A stretch of DNA of 63,851 nt, filler included, from Bigelowiella natans CCMP2755 (GCA_000320545.1; 10 parts of 10 records of this genome joined end to end with filler, not necessarily neighbours in it), one strand, 5' to 3'. Counted from the first letter of the whole stretch, positions 38,276-51,870 are shown. Notes: generated by a model not told the origin, from the letters alone. A program made the numbers and translations.

Positions 38276-38479
38276 CGTCATTGAGATGCCATGACAGCTA
38301 CAGTTGTCTAGTTGTTGTACAGTTGTTGCATAGAAGCTGAATTTTTCCATTGTTCCGCTATTGGTCATGTCTTGATGTCAATGCTGTTGTTGCCCGTCAC
38401 GGCTCTTCTTTGAATCTGTAGAACACACTGAAATGCTCAAGTTATTAAATATAAGAACATGCGGTGTATACGTGTTTTC

Positions 38480-39100
38480 AATTGAAACGATCAGCTAGTC
38501 AGCCGTGCATTGCAATCTAGCAATGGACAAAAACTGCGTATAATTCAGTTGACACACATGAAATAGCTAGATAACGGAGGAAGGCTGAACTAGTGAAGGG
38601 CGTTCTAGCGTGCTGTACATCCGCCATCGCCTGCTGCGTGTGGTCTAGTGGTGGTGCTAGCTAGCTAGCCTGTCTAGCTAGCTAGCTCACATTGCACTGC
38701 TGATCGACATGTGCGCACTCGTTTAACTGCTAATGACTATGCAGATACTGCAGATAGCTAGCTAGCTAGTGGCATGTCTCCACTAGCTCTAGAGCTAGCT
38801 AGTCTGGATTTAGACCAAACGACATCTAGACACACAGATTAGTCAATAGTCATTGTGTTCATGAATCTAACAAATGTGCAGACATCACCACATCATCATC
38901 CAGATTGCGCTCTAGTCAACCGTGCATGATTTGCGAACATCGCATTGACTAACAACACATCTAGACATGCCTGGATGTTAGCATGCTAGCTTTGCAATGC
39001 TAGAATGCAGCGCGCGCGGCGCACCGCATCTGTCATTGCAGTCTAGCAGCGCCACGATCATGATCTAGCGGTACCAAAGCTTCGAAATGCATCGGCGATG
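38480..39100. other. CTAG-hyperenriched intergenic island between convergent genes
   Basis: About 25 CTAG in ~580 bp, including three (CTAG)3 runs near 38657, 38674 and 38758, plus gcgcgcgcggcgcac and gcatgc-type words. Lies between the WGR-WWE (+) and SLC35F (-) 3' ends. Confidence 0.85.
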
Positions 39101-39199
39101 CGTTTTAACCAAACAACGCTCTATTTTGGCTGGTTGTGCCTGTCCGTGATCAATTTCTTCAAAAGAAGGCGAATTCACGAGATTGCTATAACTGCACTA

Positions 39200-39277
39200 T
39201 CTCAGATCTAAATATTTGAACCCTACCCCTGTTGCTCATTCCGATCGGCTCCATCAAGTATTCCTGTGAGAGGGGGT

Positions 39278-39323
<46 letters not shown>

Positions 39324-39397
39324 ATGAGAAGGGGGGGTGCAGGTGCAAAATACGAATAAAAAATGAATATAAATACACCCATCTTTAATATATAAAT

Positions 39398-39441
<44 letters not shown>

Positions 39442-39526
39442 ATATACATACACACATGCATATATAAACAGGATTGTTTTTCTGAATCGTGTAGATGTGA
39501 TATTCCCCGACTACTTTCCTATCTGG

Positions 39527-39557
<31 letters not shown>

Positions 39558-42187
39558 CCTCTCTATTGCACTCACAGGCATTACTTTCAGTAAATACTCT
39601 TGGGATGCGGCACACACACACACACACACATACACACACACACATACACACACAACAAGAAGAAATATCATATAACATCGAAATAAGGAGCACGCTTAAT
39701 GGAAGGCTGCAGTCTACCTGTGCAAGCTGGATGTGGGGTCTCCGGCGATGTTGTACGTAATCTGCACATATACCATTCACCCCAACGCCTTTATATCACA
39801 ACCTCAGAAGGCAACATCGACCCACAGCTCTGGGCGGTTTTCATGTAGCGTTAATGTATTGTGTGTGTGTATGTTTGTGTGTGTGTTGTGCTCGTTTTCA
39901 TTGAATGTACTAGTCAGTCCCCCCCCCCCTTCCCCTTACGATTTCACGAAACAATTGATAGTCATGAAAGGGACCGCAAACCAACGCTCACTACTCGAAA
40001 ATAGAAAAGGCGCTGGGTACACAGCACTAAATCTGCTTTGCTTTCGAGTGACGCCGCGTATTGAAAAGGGGGGGGGGCGCTACTACCAGCCCCGAGACGA
40101 TAACCACGAAGGCGGCGAAGTACAAGAGCTATATGATGATGATGATGTTGATGATATTGAGATTGGGGGGATGAGGATGGAGGCAATGATTGACGAAACA
40201 AACACGCGGCGCAAGCATTCAGTGTCTTCGCTTTTGCATCAGCATCGGTGCCGACGTTGCGTGTGTGTGCGTGTGCGGAGTGTGTGCAGGGGGTGGGGGA
40301 GGATGGGGTGGTCAATAGATGTTGTGTTTGCTGTTCTTGTTACTACCGATGGTTTCGAGCCGAATAGTACCATAGCAACCGCTAAGGAGTAGAAGTCCTG
40401 CAGCAGTGTGTGGGCTGCATTTTTGCGAAGCTCAAGTATTAATTCAAAAAGGAATAGATGAATATAGCTCGAAGTGTGCTCTGCTTCGTATTCGCACCGG
40501 GAAGGGGGATTCTCGACGAAGGACACGCACACGCGCACACACACACACACACACACACTCACACTCACACACACAGCATACGTACTCTCTCTCACACACA
40601 CAAACATACAAATACGCACTGCGGTGAGGAGAGAGAGGTTCATAAAAGTCGCCGAAGACACTTCCAGCAAGATCGGCACGGCCACGTACCTAGAAAGAGA
40701 GCATGGCGATTGCGGTTGTAGTTGGCGAGGAAAACGACAATACGAATCAAACGGAGTAGGCAATCATCACCATTTTTGGATGCAATTTTCGTAAGATCGA
40801 ACCCCCCCCCCTTCCCCCCCCCCTCTTTTCCCCTTCACCCCATCAATAACGCACGCTATTTCACTCATTTCCCCTTCTTCCTTTCTGACGAGCAAGATGT
40901 TATAAGTCTTCTAATTACATTCCGAATAAGCATCCGTTGAAACCTACGGCGAGGGGGGGGGGTGGGGTGGGGGGTGCCATGACAAAAAAATCACGCACAA
41001 TGCTTCTTGTAGCAGTTAGAATAAGGTTGGATAGACTCTTAAATTCGCCCGCCCCCCCCCCCCTTTTTACTACTTACTACTTACTACCGAGGAGATAGCC
41101 TAATATGCGTGCATCAGCTTGGAGGAACAAGTCTCGAATAGCTTCGTGCTCGAAAATGCCCATTTGCACGCCTACGACAACATGCATCGGCATCATCATT
41201 TTCCTCTTCGTAAGAGAGAACTTCTACCACTTCTCCTACTACTCCTCCTCCTCCTCCTCCTCCTCCTACTACTCCTATAACTACTACTATAGAAATGATT
41301 TATCACATCCTGCAACGAGGTTGACAGAGGCTCTCCACGAGGGTACCCAGGCTGCTTGTGATTGCTCTCGCGGCTGCGCTCTAGCGCCATTGTCATGCCA
41401 TCATGCAGTCGCAAGAGGGGATACAAACATACTGCCATCATGCAGTCGCACGAGGGGATACAAACATACCGACCTCCTATCGCCGATCCAAAAAGGCCAA
41501 GGAAGAAGAGAAACTCCATTCGGTTTTTTTTTTTGCCCATGTTTTTTTGTCCTTTACTAGGAGGAAGGCCGGCGCCGGGAGGAGAGGGGGGGGGGGGGGG
41601 GTGAGAAGACGATGGAGAAGAAACCGACTCTGATCGTGTAGCTACCGTGCTTTCTCTCCCCCACCCCCCTATTATTAAGCTTTTAGCTAAAAATCGTCAT
41701 GATAAAAGTGGCGGGCAGTGATGATTTGGGCCTCTATTCGCATCATTCGGGGATGTACCTATGTTTGAGACGCCGTACAGACACGCCCCGATCATCACGA
41801 GCTGTTGTAATTTCGTCGCCAAAATACACGCACACACACCGTGTTAGTTCATCACCAAGCTGATAGCATCCATACAATGCTGCTCAATGCCAACCTCCCC
41901 CTCCCCCCCCCCCTTCTTCGCAAGTACATCAAAGGAAGAGAATAAGAATGAGGAGAGGGAGGGGAGAGGCACGAAACGTACGATATCCCCAAGGATTGGG
42001 TTCGGAGCTTCCTCTTGCTGGCCGGCAGAGCTCTTACCCAAAACAGCATCCGAAGTTACCAGAAGACCGAGACCCAAAATAGCTACACCGGCGCCGACCA
42101 AGTGTACTTTCCTATAGCGCGCATTGAAGAGCCTCCACGATAGTATCATCACAATCTGACGTTGGCGTAACACAATTTACATTATAA

Positions 42188-42230
<43 letters not shown>

Positions 42231-42829
42231 AATTCTACATTCTCTTGCCCTCACCACTCTTCCTGCTAGGGACGGCGTTTCAGGCGAACCGTACACGGAG
42301 GAAAACAGCAGTGAATCACGCATTTTGGGGAATGTGAAGAAGGGGGGGGGGGGGGTAAGATTTTTGATGCTGCTTTCTGAGCCCTTATCTACAGCGCAAC
42401 ACACGGCAACTAGCCATAGCGCAGCAAGTAATGGGCGGCGCAAAAGCTGCAAGGCTTTGCCTCCCCCCCATCGTAAAGCAGTCGAGCAGCTGCACGCTTG
42501 TAATGGTTGTGTACTGATACGCTAACACAAGTAGAAAGTTCCCCTCCACGTCCGCAAGAGCTGTTAATGTGTGCGCGTGTGTGTGTGTGTGTGTGTGTGT
42601 CGGGAGGGGTTGGAGTCAAATGGAGGGAACAATCGGCACTGCTGCTTTGTCTGTGTGCGCGAGTTTGCCTGTTTCGGGGCTGTTTGTAGCCAGGGACACA
42701 TGGTTCGCAACTTTGTTATTCCTTTGGTGTGATTCTAGGTTGTTCTATGAGGGGGGGGTTGCACGAAGATGCAATACCGATGATGAAGTATTTCCAAAGG
42801 GCCTCACGCGGCCTGGATATTATAAACGT

Positions 42830-42891
<62 letters not shown>

Positions 42892-43590
42892 TATAAGTTT
42901 TTTCCATTTATTAAGCACTCTAGGTAACCAACAACTTCATGGTTTCAAATATCCGGGCATTCAATATGTGAAAGAGCGAGAAAGCATAACCTCTCCCCCC
43001 TCCTGTACATCAGTACTCCGAAGCTCGCCATCAAGACCTGGCGGAGTAAGAAATGGTCAAACGAAGGTGTACTTGATGAAGGTGATATCACTCTCTATCT
43101 CAGAAATGCTTTGTGCGTGCTTTGTGTGTGTGTGCCTTGTGTGCCTTGTGTGTGTGTTTGTGTGTGTGTTGCTGACAAAGTAGTTAACGAAGGATTGCGT
43201 TGTGGGAAGATTTATGGACGCATCAGCCAGAAGTTGTGAAAAGACCGCCGTCCCTGTCAGTAGCAGCGAGACTCCTACCGCACACACAAACACACAAAAC
43301 ACACACAAAACACAAAACACAAACACATACAAGTGAGAAGTTGAATAGATACACATACGCGCACCCTGGTAGTCGCCGGAAAAAGTGATAAGCCGTGTTA
43401 CTAATTTCCATAACAATGCTGTCCGCCCCTGCCTTCAATGCCGCTGTTGTATTCCTCCCACGCCCAGCTGAACCACCTTGCCACAAAGCGATGAGTCGCA
43501 GTCGGTCGCGCCATGTCCTGTACGTGTCTGTCACGCCCTCTTGCAGCACTTCAACTAGGGCGTCTGCATCTTCCTCCGACAGTCGTTGCT
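39200..43590 (-). CDS. SLC35F1/F2-like (DUF914) drug/metabolite-superfamily transporter; 5' end at gap, 3' end uncertain
   Basis: Exon peptides: RLRLIALWQ|GVSLLLTGTAVFSQLLADASINLPTTQSFVNY; MILSWRLFNARYRKVHLVGAGVAILGLGLLVTSD...PNPILGD; LVMIGACLYGVSN; EFLFFLGLFGSAIGG; PILLEVSSATFMNLSLLTA|DFYSLAVAMVLF. Confidence 0.9.
41396..41469. repeat. 37-bp near-perfect tandem duplication at an intron donor
   Basis: tgccatcatgcagtcgca(a/c)gaggggatacaaacatac occurs twice. On the minus strand each copy begins GTATGT. Confidence 0.9.
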
Positions 43591-43722
43591 TATTTTCTAG
43601 AGATTTTCAATTAAAGGGGGGGNNNNNNNNNNNNNNNNNNNNNNNNNNNNNNNNNNNNNNNNNNNNTTAATTAATTAANNNNNNNNNNNNNNNNNNNNNN
43701 NNNNNNNNNNNNNNNNNNNNNN

Positions 43723-44222
43723 AAGACAGCTCATTGGTGAAAGCAGGATGTTGAGCTTGATATATTCCTGCCCTCTCACTTTTTTTACAGCTGTTTTTCA
43801 TCACCGTAGCACCAGCGGCTCAATACGGGGGGGGGGGGGGCAGCGGCCAGCGGAACGACCATAGGCATACGAGTGGGTGTATATCCCCCAATCACACTCA
43901 CTCCGCAATCAGCGGTGAATATTTTTAAAAATATATAACAAAAAAAAAATCTGATATTCGAACGGAATGACGCCATCAATCATTGCTCTCCACGCCCAGC
44001 AGGACGCATCTTGTAGAAATGAATTGCGCTCTTTGTTCTTCTTGTGGATATATATGGCACGAATAAATGCAACAGCAGCAGCGCGTACCGCTTGAGAGTC
44101 TGAAGGGTCGAGCCGTATTGGCAGCCAACCCATTTGCCGGAGAAGCAGGGATCGGCTATTATCACGCCCCGGGTACCCTAAACATCCGTGCGCGAACCAA
44201 ATTACTTCCTCACACACATATT

Positions 44223-44265
<43 letters not shown>

Positions 44266-45298
44266 GTCATACTTGGCCTTCTTCAGGAAGGTAGATGTCG
44301 AAATCCGTGCCTTGGATTGTGACCTTCGTGCTCTCCCCTGGGGCCACTTTGAGCAACCCACTGCTGAGCCGTTTGTCGGTCCACCGATATCGGAACGGCT
44401 GTTTCATTGGGATTACAATCATGGTTGGCGTCCACGGTCACACACACACACAAAGAGACAGTATATATATATATATATATATATATATGCATTTATACAT
44501 TATTTTTTTGGGAAACAACCTGAGAGTATGTAAAAAGGTCTGAAGGCGTCGTAGTAATATCTTCAGCAGCGGACGCATCGTCAATCAGGGACACTCTCAC
44601 GTATGCGTATCCCTAACGAGTGTAGATTTGCTTTATTAGAGGCGCTGGCCGTAGGCATGGATTGGTGATTAGCTCTAGCGTTCGTTTACCTTTGAAGCGT
44701 ATACGGGAGTGACTCTGACGTCAGGAATACCAGTGCTAGTGATAGCCATATCCTTTACAGCCTCACAAAGACCGACACCCTCGCAAACCATCCTCGAGAC
44801 GGTGTCGCGGGCGAGCGCGGAGGACGCATTTGCCCACGCCTTTGGGCCGCCGGGAACCCCCTTAAAAGCTCTTAGAACCCCATCACGGTGGGGGGCGAGG
44901 AAGTCGCACACCTGCATCGACTCGCATGCCTAACGCGGATGAATGAATAACGTTGGTTGGCAAGCGATGGATTATTATCGATGGTTAAGACCTACCTCGT
45001 CAAAGTGCTGGCCATCAAATAAAGATTCCACCAGAGAATCGCAAACCACGCAGGGGTACCTGGTGGTGAGGTAAGCAGGCAGTTACGGGGAGGTTATACG
45101 CACACCATGCTGAAAATGCTGGGTACTACTTCTTCGCTTCCCAACCCTCTGAGGGATGGCCCTGGGTAGAAACAATCCCCCATAACCTGCCGCAAACAAA
45201 AACTCAGCGTAAGTGCTCAATATGCGGATCAATTTTCTCGGAATGGACGCCACGTACGAGAGAAGGGAGCATAGCAAGGAACGAAGAGGGGAGGGCAT
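43723..45298 (-). CDS. Secreted saposin-B-like domain protein, possibly followed by a metallophosphoesterase region; 3' end cut by gap
   Basis: Hydrophobic N-terminus MPSPLRSLLCSLLSYVAS. Six-Cys saposin pattern CVVCDSLVESLF...ACESMQVCDFL...MVCEGVGLC. Then PFRYRWTDKRLSSGLLKVAPG and TRGVIIADPCFSGKWVGC. The phosphoesterase call is only tentative. Confidence 0.5.
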
Positions 45299-46389
45299 GG
45301 CAACGAGATTGTCCTCAGGAACTAGGGTTCGAGCGCTGGGGCACCCACGAAATCTGCAGACTCTCGAGATTCCCCCAAACGTTTTTCCCCATAAAATACC
45401 CGCTAATAACGGACGGAACAACGTCAACTTTCACGTCACCCAGATTTTCCCGCGAAAAATCTCGGAAGCCTGGCGTTGCAAGGGTATGCTGGACAAGCGA
45501 GAAAAGGGCCAGCAAGTAGATCTACGGGGCGCTAGCTTCTGCCGAATTTCGCTTGGAAGTGTTGAGAATTGAGGGCACTTCTCGAAAGGAAAGAAAAGTT
45601 CAAGCACGTTGCATACGTAGCTGGAAGCCATATCATGGGTACCATCGGTTCAAAAAAACTACGGTAAGTCCAAAGGCCGAATCTATTTTCTCCAAGCGAC
45701 AATCCTTTCCCGCAGAAACCTGACTGAGTTCCCAGGGCCCACGCGGAACGAAGGGCAGCTGGCCATTCTTAAGAAGAGGCACTCGTATTTTGATTGCGGA
45801 GAAGCTTATCTGGTATGACGCAGTGAATAAGTGGCCGTTGTTTTTCTCTGTTTCCAGTGCAAAGATTTAAGTAGGAGAAATAGGGTATAAGAAGTCGTAA
45901 ATTGCCTCAATTTGCAGGCCCCGGATTCACAGCTTCCTTCCGGGTACGGTGGGAGAAGCAGGGGGCGGGCAGGGAAAGTCGAGGGAGAAGCAGGGTGCTT
46001 CAGGTAGGGAATTCTGCAGATGATTTTTATCGGTCAAGGGGGGGGGGGGGGGGACTTCACCGCCGAAAAAGCGGTACCTGATTGAGTTATTGGGCTATGC
46101 TTTTGGACCGATTCTCATAGTTACTGAGTCTTTGTTGCGCATTTGCTGCTTGCGAACGTCTCGGGGAATCAACCCCTCCCATCAATGCTCCGACAATTAT
46201 TCTGCGTTTCGCATAATATGCCTGCCATGCTGCCTATTTCATCGTTGATTCGAATCCTTCCCCTGTTCACGTTCGCCCTTGAAGAGCAATGTACTTTCGG
46301 ATTGAGGAAATGGTTTCCAGGTTTTCGACCTACCGTTTGCCAACGACACCACCTGTGAATAATGTTTGTCAGGAGGCATCTGTAAAGCG

Positions 46390-47800
46390 ATGCTAGTAGC
46401 ATCTATGGACACCACCCATCCAACCACGAGCGGCAGGAGCAGAAGCAACAGCACCAATAGCAGCAGAAACACCAGCTCGCGAGCATGCCATCACCAGCTC
46501 ATACAACAAGCCCGTCGCCATGATTCAAAAGCTGTAACATCCTCCATTACAAAGGCTGGAACACAGAGGAGGCGGTTCTTCAGGAAGAGGCGGCCGAGGC
46601 AGGTTCTCAACGGCCCTGGTGGGACCTACGAGATTCTGAGGACGCTGGGGCGTGGATCTACCGCTATTGCGAAATGTATTGCCTCGACTAGAGCTACCAT
46701 GCTAGCACAGCCATCATTCACCGTATTGAGTAACATGTGTAAGCAGCATCATTCGTCTTAAAATACATAATCGATATACCAGTGCTCTGCGATTAAGTGG
46801 TGTTGTATTATCCCTACTACTACCTGCAGTGGCGGTTCATAAAGAGAGCGGCGAATCGGTGGCCATCAAGATGATGACCCATCGAGATTTGTACAAGCTT
46901 CAAATGACAGAGCAGGTATTCTGCCGCCCCCTTTTGAGGGAATAATGAAACGCGCTGGGGGGTGTTCGGGGGGTTCGGAGAAGCTGTTTTCCCTACGATC
47001 TTTTGCGAGATCTTTTGCGAGATGTGCAAGGAATGGCATCCGGTAATCGGACACTCAAAAATACGAAACAACCTCAGGTTCGACGAGAGATAGAAGCCCT
47101 CTCGAAGCTCAACCACCCCAACGTCCTCCGCCTCTACGAGGTTTTGGAGAACCCCAAGGAGATGTACATAGTGACGGAGCTGGCCGATCAGGATCTCTTC
47201 GACTACATCGTCGCCAGAGGGCGGCTTTCGGAGAAGGAAGTGAGTGAAGATGGAGAGGAGGGCGGGAGTGGGTCAAAGCGATGTGTGTGAGTGTGAGAAT
47301 AATATGCTAGCTGTGCGCAGATAGCAACAACCGCAATGGTGATGGAGGAATGTTCTTCGTTTCGTTCCTTCTCCTGCTGCTATTGATCGATCGACGCCTC
47401 TCTCGCTCGCCTCTTCCCTCCAATTCGTCTTCCCCCGTCCGTTCCTCCTCCTCCTCCTCCTCCTCCTCCTCCTCCTCTTGCTACGTTACAGAGCCAGCTC
47501 TTCTTTCAACAGATGATGTGCGGGGTAAAGCAGAAGAGATTTAGGATATTAGTAGGAGCCCTAGTACTTGCATGTGAATCTGCCTTGCTGCTGCTGCCTC
47601 CTTTCTTAATAGCGTGGCCGGCCGCGATTTCATCAGCACCCTCCCCTCTCCGCCCCCTCCCCCTCACTCGATAATTCTCTCAGCTGGAGCACTGCCACGA
47701 GCACCGCATAGCGCACCGGGACGTGAAGCCTGAGAACCTTCTCATCACCCGCGATGGCCGCCTTCTTATTGCGGACTTTGGCCTTTCGGGAGTCATCAAG
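46390..47800 (+). CDS. Ser/Thr protein kinase, SNF1/AMPK-CAMKL group; truncated by gap
   Basis: [16 protein letters not shown]; ESVAIKMM; [24 protein letters not shown]...[15 protein letters not shown]; FFQQMMCG; [19 protein letters not shown]...IADFGLS. Confidence 0.93.
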
Positions 47801-48769
47801 GTGGGGGGTAGCGGAGAGAAAAGGGGGAAGGAAGGAGGGAGGGAGGGAGAGAGAGAGAGGGGGGGGAGGAGGAGGGTCGATTTGGGGTGGCAAGCTAGAC
47901 TCCTATTGCGGTACCTGACTTTCAAGGTTTGGAGGACTATGAAGTGGAATTAACTGAGAAAAAAAGGCGTGCAAGCCTGAATGATTGACCGGATCTTATC
48001 TTGTTGAAAAGACTTCTCCTATCTTCGACTGNNNNNNNNNNNNNNNNNNNNNNNNNNNNNNNNNNNNNNNNNNNNTTAATTAATTAANNNNNNNNNNNNN
48101 NNNNNNNNNNNNNNNNNNNNNNNNNNNNNNNCCTGGGAAAAAAAACCATTGCTCTTTTTATGGGGGGCTCCCCTTTGTTCCCCCCCCACCGGCTAAATCT
48201 GGAAAAAAAGCAACCCTGTAAGGGAAAAAAAAAAAAAAGGGTAACAAAAATGATGGGAGGGGGGGGGGGGGAGGCATGGGCCGAGTGAGAATTTACTCTT
48301 TGTAGGGTATGCTTCTTATCGAAAAAAGAAGGACGAAACAAGAGCAGCCGTGAGGCAGGGATGATATCACGGGTATGACTATGCTGCGCTGTACCAGCCG
48401 CTCCCCCCCCCCCCCCCCCCTCCCTTTTTTGCCGTGTTTTTTTAACCTTTCCGCGCGGGGGAAGAACACAAAGGCTTTTTGTGGGGGGGGCCTCCCCTGG
48501 GGCGCCCCCCGGCGGCTGAAACGGGAAAAAAACAACCCCTGCTAAGAAAAAAAAAAATCAGGGGTAGGAAAATGTCGGGAAGGGGGGGGGGGGGAAAAAA
48601 AACCTCCTAACCGATTTTGAAAAACCACCTCCCGACTCCCTGAAACGACAGATGCAGCAGCAATCAGCATGTCACCTGCTATGAGGTACGTGCCGGGGAC
48701 CATTATTAAGAATCCTTGAATTACGCGTATACACATATTTACACGGAGACAAACACACGCTCACACACA

Positions 48770-48817
<48 letters not shown>

Positions 48818-49068
48818 ACATACTCTCCCAACGTTAGATAGGATATATTGCATACGACGATGACGGCCAACCCCATCGAGTTCCAGCATAGCTCTCCACG
48901 GGCCTTACGAGGAGAAGGCCGAGACTCCCAACGTTATCAACAATAAACAGATCTGACAACAACGGAGAGAGGATGGTGATGCGCAATTACACGAATACGA
49001 ATACATAAATTAAAAAGAAAATACTACAATTCCGATTTTCTTGCATCTCGCCCATGCGTTGCATGCGT

Positions 49069-49103
<35 letters not shown>

Positions 49104-49433
49104 CTACGCAACACTGCTGCCTCTCCTACCACCTAGCACTGCTGCTACTTAGGAATCAATACTCGTCGTCGTCGTTTTAAATGTACACGTACAAAAGGCG
49201 ACGGAGGCTGTGCGCATGTTGTCAGGCACCATTCCAACCATCACCGTCATCGCTACCCCCATCCACATCTATTAAGGGCAAGGGGTAACACAAAGGAGGG
49301 TTGTTGGGAGGGGGGCGGGGGAACAGGGGAACAGGGGGGTGGGAGGATTTTCAAAATTATGAAGGAATGAAAAAATGTCCATTTTTTGGAAAATTTAACG
49401 GAAATATCCCATCACCTCTCTCAGACTCTCTCC

Positions 49434-49474
<41 letters not shown>

Positions 49475-49515
49475 CTGTCCCAACACATACACACACACAC
49501 ACACACACACTCACT

Positions 49516-49558
<43 letters not shown>

Positions 49559-49949
49559 CGAGAAAGAGGGGGGGGGGGGAGAACTTAAGAAAGCAACCGC
49601 CCACACGTATTCAATTTTGGGGGCGGCGGCCTCTTTCCAGAGCGACTAAATCAAAAACCCAAAACCACCACCATGAATCCCATTATACCCATACCGCACG
49701 CCACTACCCCTTTATAAAGGGCTTGTGGTGCCCCTCCAACTGATTGAACCCCCCCTCCGCAACAAAGTACCCACCTATTAGCAATAGGAGTTCCCGGGGG
49801 GCAAGAAGCCATNNNNNNNNNNNNNNNNNNNNNNNNNNNNNNNNNNNNNNNNNNNNTTAATTAATTAANNNNNNNNNNNNNNNNNNNNNNNNNNNNNNNN
49901 NNNNNNNNNNNNACATAAACCAGAGGAGAGTAAGATATTAGCGAGAGCT

Positions 49950-50368
49950 GCATTGAAGAACAAGCGTTGGTAAGAGAAACGACAACGAAGAGGGAAGGAG
50001 GGGGGGGGAGGGGACAAAGTGCACATAGCCATCAAAAGTAATGCTGCTTTTCTCTCTTCGTTCCTACCGCGTTTGGGTTCTTCTCCACTGCATATATCCT
50101 GAGCGAATTTGAAGAAAAATAATTAGGAAGGGGGGGAGGGGGAGATAATCTTTCTCGCAGATACAGATAAGTGTAAATTATTTCCTTCCCCTCGCAACCT
50201 CCCCCGCCCTCCCCCCCCCCTCCCCCAGGAAAAACTAAAAACCCATCGTTCTTGTGATATGGGAAAAAATCCTCACGTGAGATTTGCCTTCGCCTCTCTC
50301 CCCGCTCTTATAGCACACCGAACTAGCGGTCCCCTTCCCTATGGATGGATAAAAGACACAAGAAGATG

Positions 50369-50405
<37 letters not shown>

Positions 50406-51345
50406 TATGGATACCGGCCCCAAAAAAAAAAACGGGGGGGGGGGGGAAAAAAAAAAAAGGTTACTTAGAAAACCCCCCCGTTTTTTTTTTTTAAAAAAAA
50501 AAAAATATCCTTGGGGATTTTTTAGGCGGGTGGCATGCCTCCGATGAAAAGCTGCCAGCTCATCATGTATTGTGTGCGAAGGGATGATGCTGCTACGATA
50601 TTACCGCTCCGACGACCACCAGGCACACCCTCTTCCGGCCCTTTGTAGTAGTAATAATAGTAGTGGTAGTAGTAGTAGTAGTAGTAGTAGTTGTTGTTGT
50701 TATGTTGTCTTGGTGGTAGTAGTGAGGGGGGGGGGCGGAAAGGGGAGGAGGATTGAGAGTCAACGGTAGTACCAGCCTCACAACGGCCATCTCATCATCA
50801 CCATCATTACCATCATCATCGTCATCACCACTTTCCCCACAATCTCCTTCACTTACACACTACTACTACCACTACTACTACTACTACTACTTCTACCAGA
50901 AGAAGGCTACCTACCTGGTACTTCGTCATTAGAGCTTTGCAAATGGCCTTTATATTCAGTCGCCGACAACGCACAAAAGCAACACCGCCAGCACCACAAC
51001 ACGCGCACAGGAAACGAGGACACGGTAGCACCCAAGTGAGAGAAAACCAACCCCTCCCCTTCGCAAACACACATGTCTCTCTTTGGTGAAATTCGGTGTC
51101 GCGGCGTGAGGGAGCCAGCCCATTCTTCCGCGCCACACATCGCGATATTTCGAGCACGGAAACACATTTTGAGGATGCAGAAGTAATGGACGCGCGCGCA
51201 GGGGTCGGCCAATTTACCTTCTCGTACTGGGAATATTTTATCGGGTCTTTCTCGAAGACCTCGTACGTTTGCGACTGAGAGGAATCAAAGGGCGTGGTTT
51301 AGTGTGTGAGAGAACAGTATGCACCACCGCAATAATGGCTATTAG

Positions 51346-51392
<47 letters not shown>

Positions 51393-51617
51393 GAGCCTAT
51401 ATCTTACGTCGTGAAAACATGCAACGGAAGATATATCCCCCCCCCCCCCCCTTCCCAAATATACACCCGCACACGTACATGAAGGGTGTCCATGAGCGGT
51501 TGGAGGGGGGCTTGGAAAAAGTCTCGGTAGGGCACTTGAAGCTGCACGGGGCGGCAAGACAGCAAAAGGGCATATTACAAGGAAATATCCGAGGTAAATT
51601 CCTTCCAACAGGAAAGC

Positions 51618-51664
<47 letters not shown>

Positions 51665-51870
51665 TATAAACAAAGCTTTTTCTACTTGTGCATCCCACGT
51701 AAGGACCGGTAGCTGCGAGAAGGCCTGGGGTGTATCGTAAAAATGGCATTTGCGGCAAAAGAAAAACAACACGCAATAACGCAACAACACAGACGCACAG
51801 TAAAGAAGAGGATTTGATGAGAACAGTGGTCGCCAGCCATATATAAACTGCGACCAAAAAACACACCTCT
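49950..51870 (-). CDS. PRMT5: Protein arginine N-methyltransferase 5 (Skb1/Hsl7), internal fragment
   Basis: YRDFFQAPLQPLMDTLH|SQTYEVFEKDPIKYSQYEK|AICKAL...; VCLVVVGA|GRGPLVRCAIRA (SAM-binding motif I); IYAVEKNPNA. These are PRMT5 signature segments. Confidence 0.93.

Noticed and set aside
48132-48620. Possible gene or G-quadruplex cluster
   Set aside because: Homopolymer-laden, low-quality contig-end sequence (similar at 50200-50520 and 58360-58540); likely sequencing artefact.
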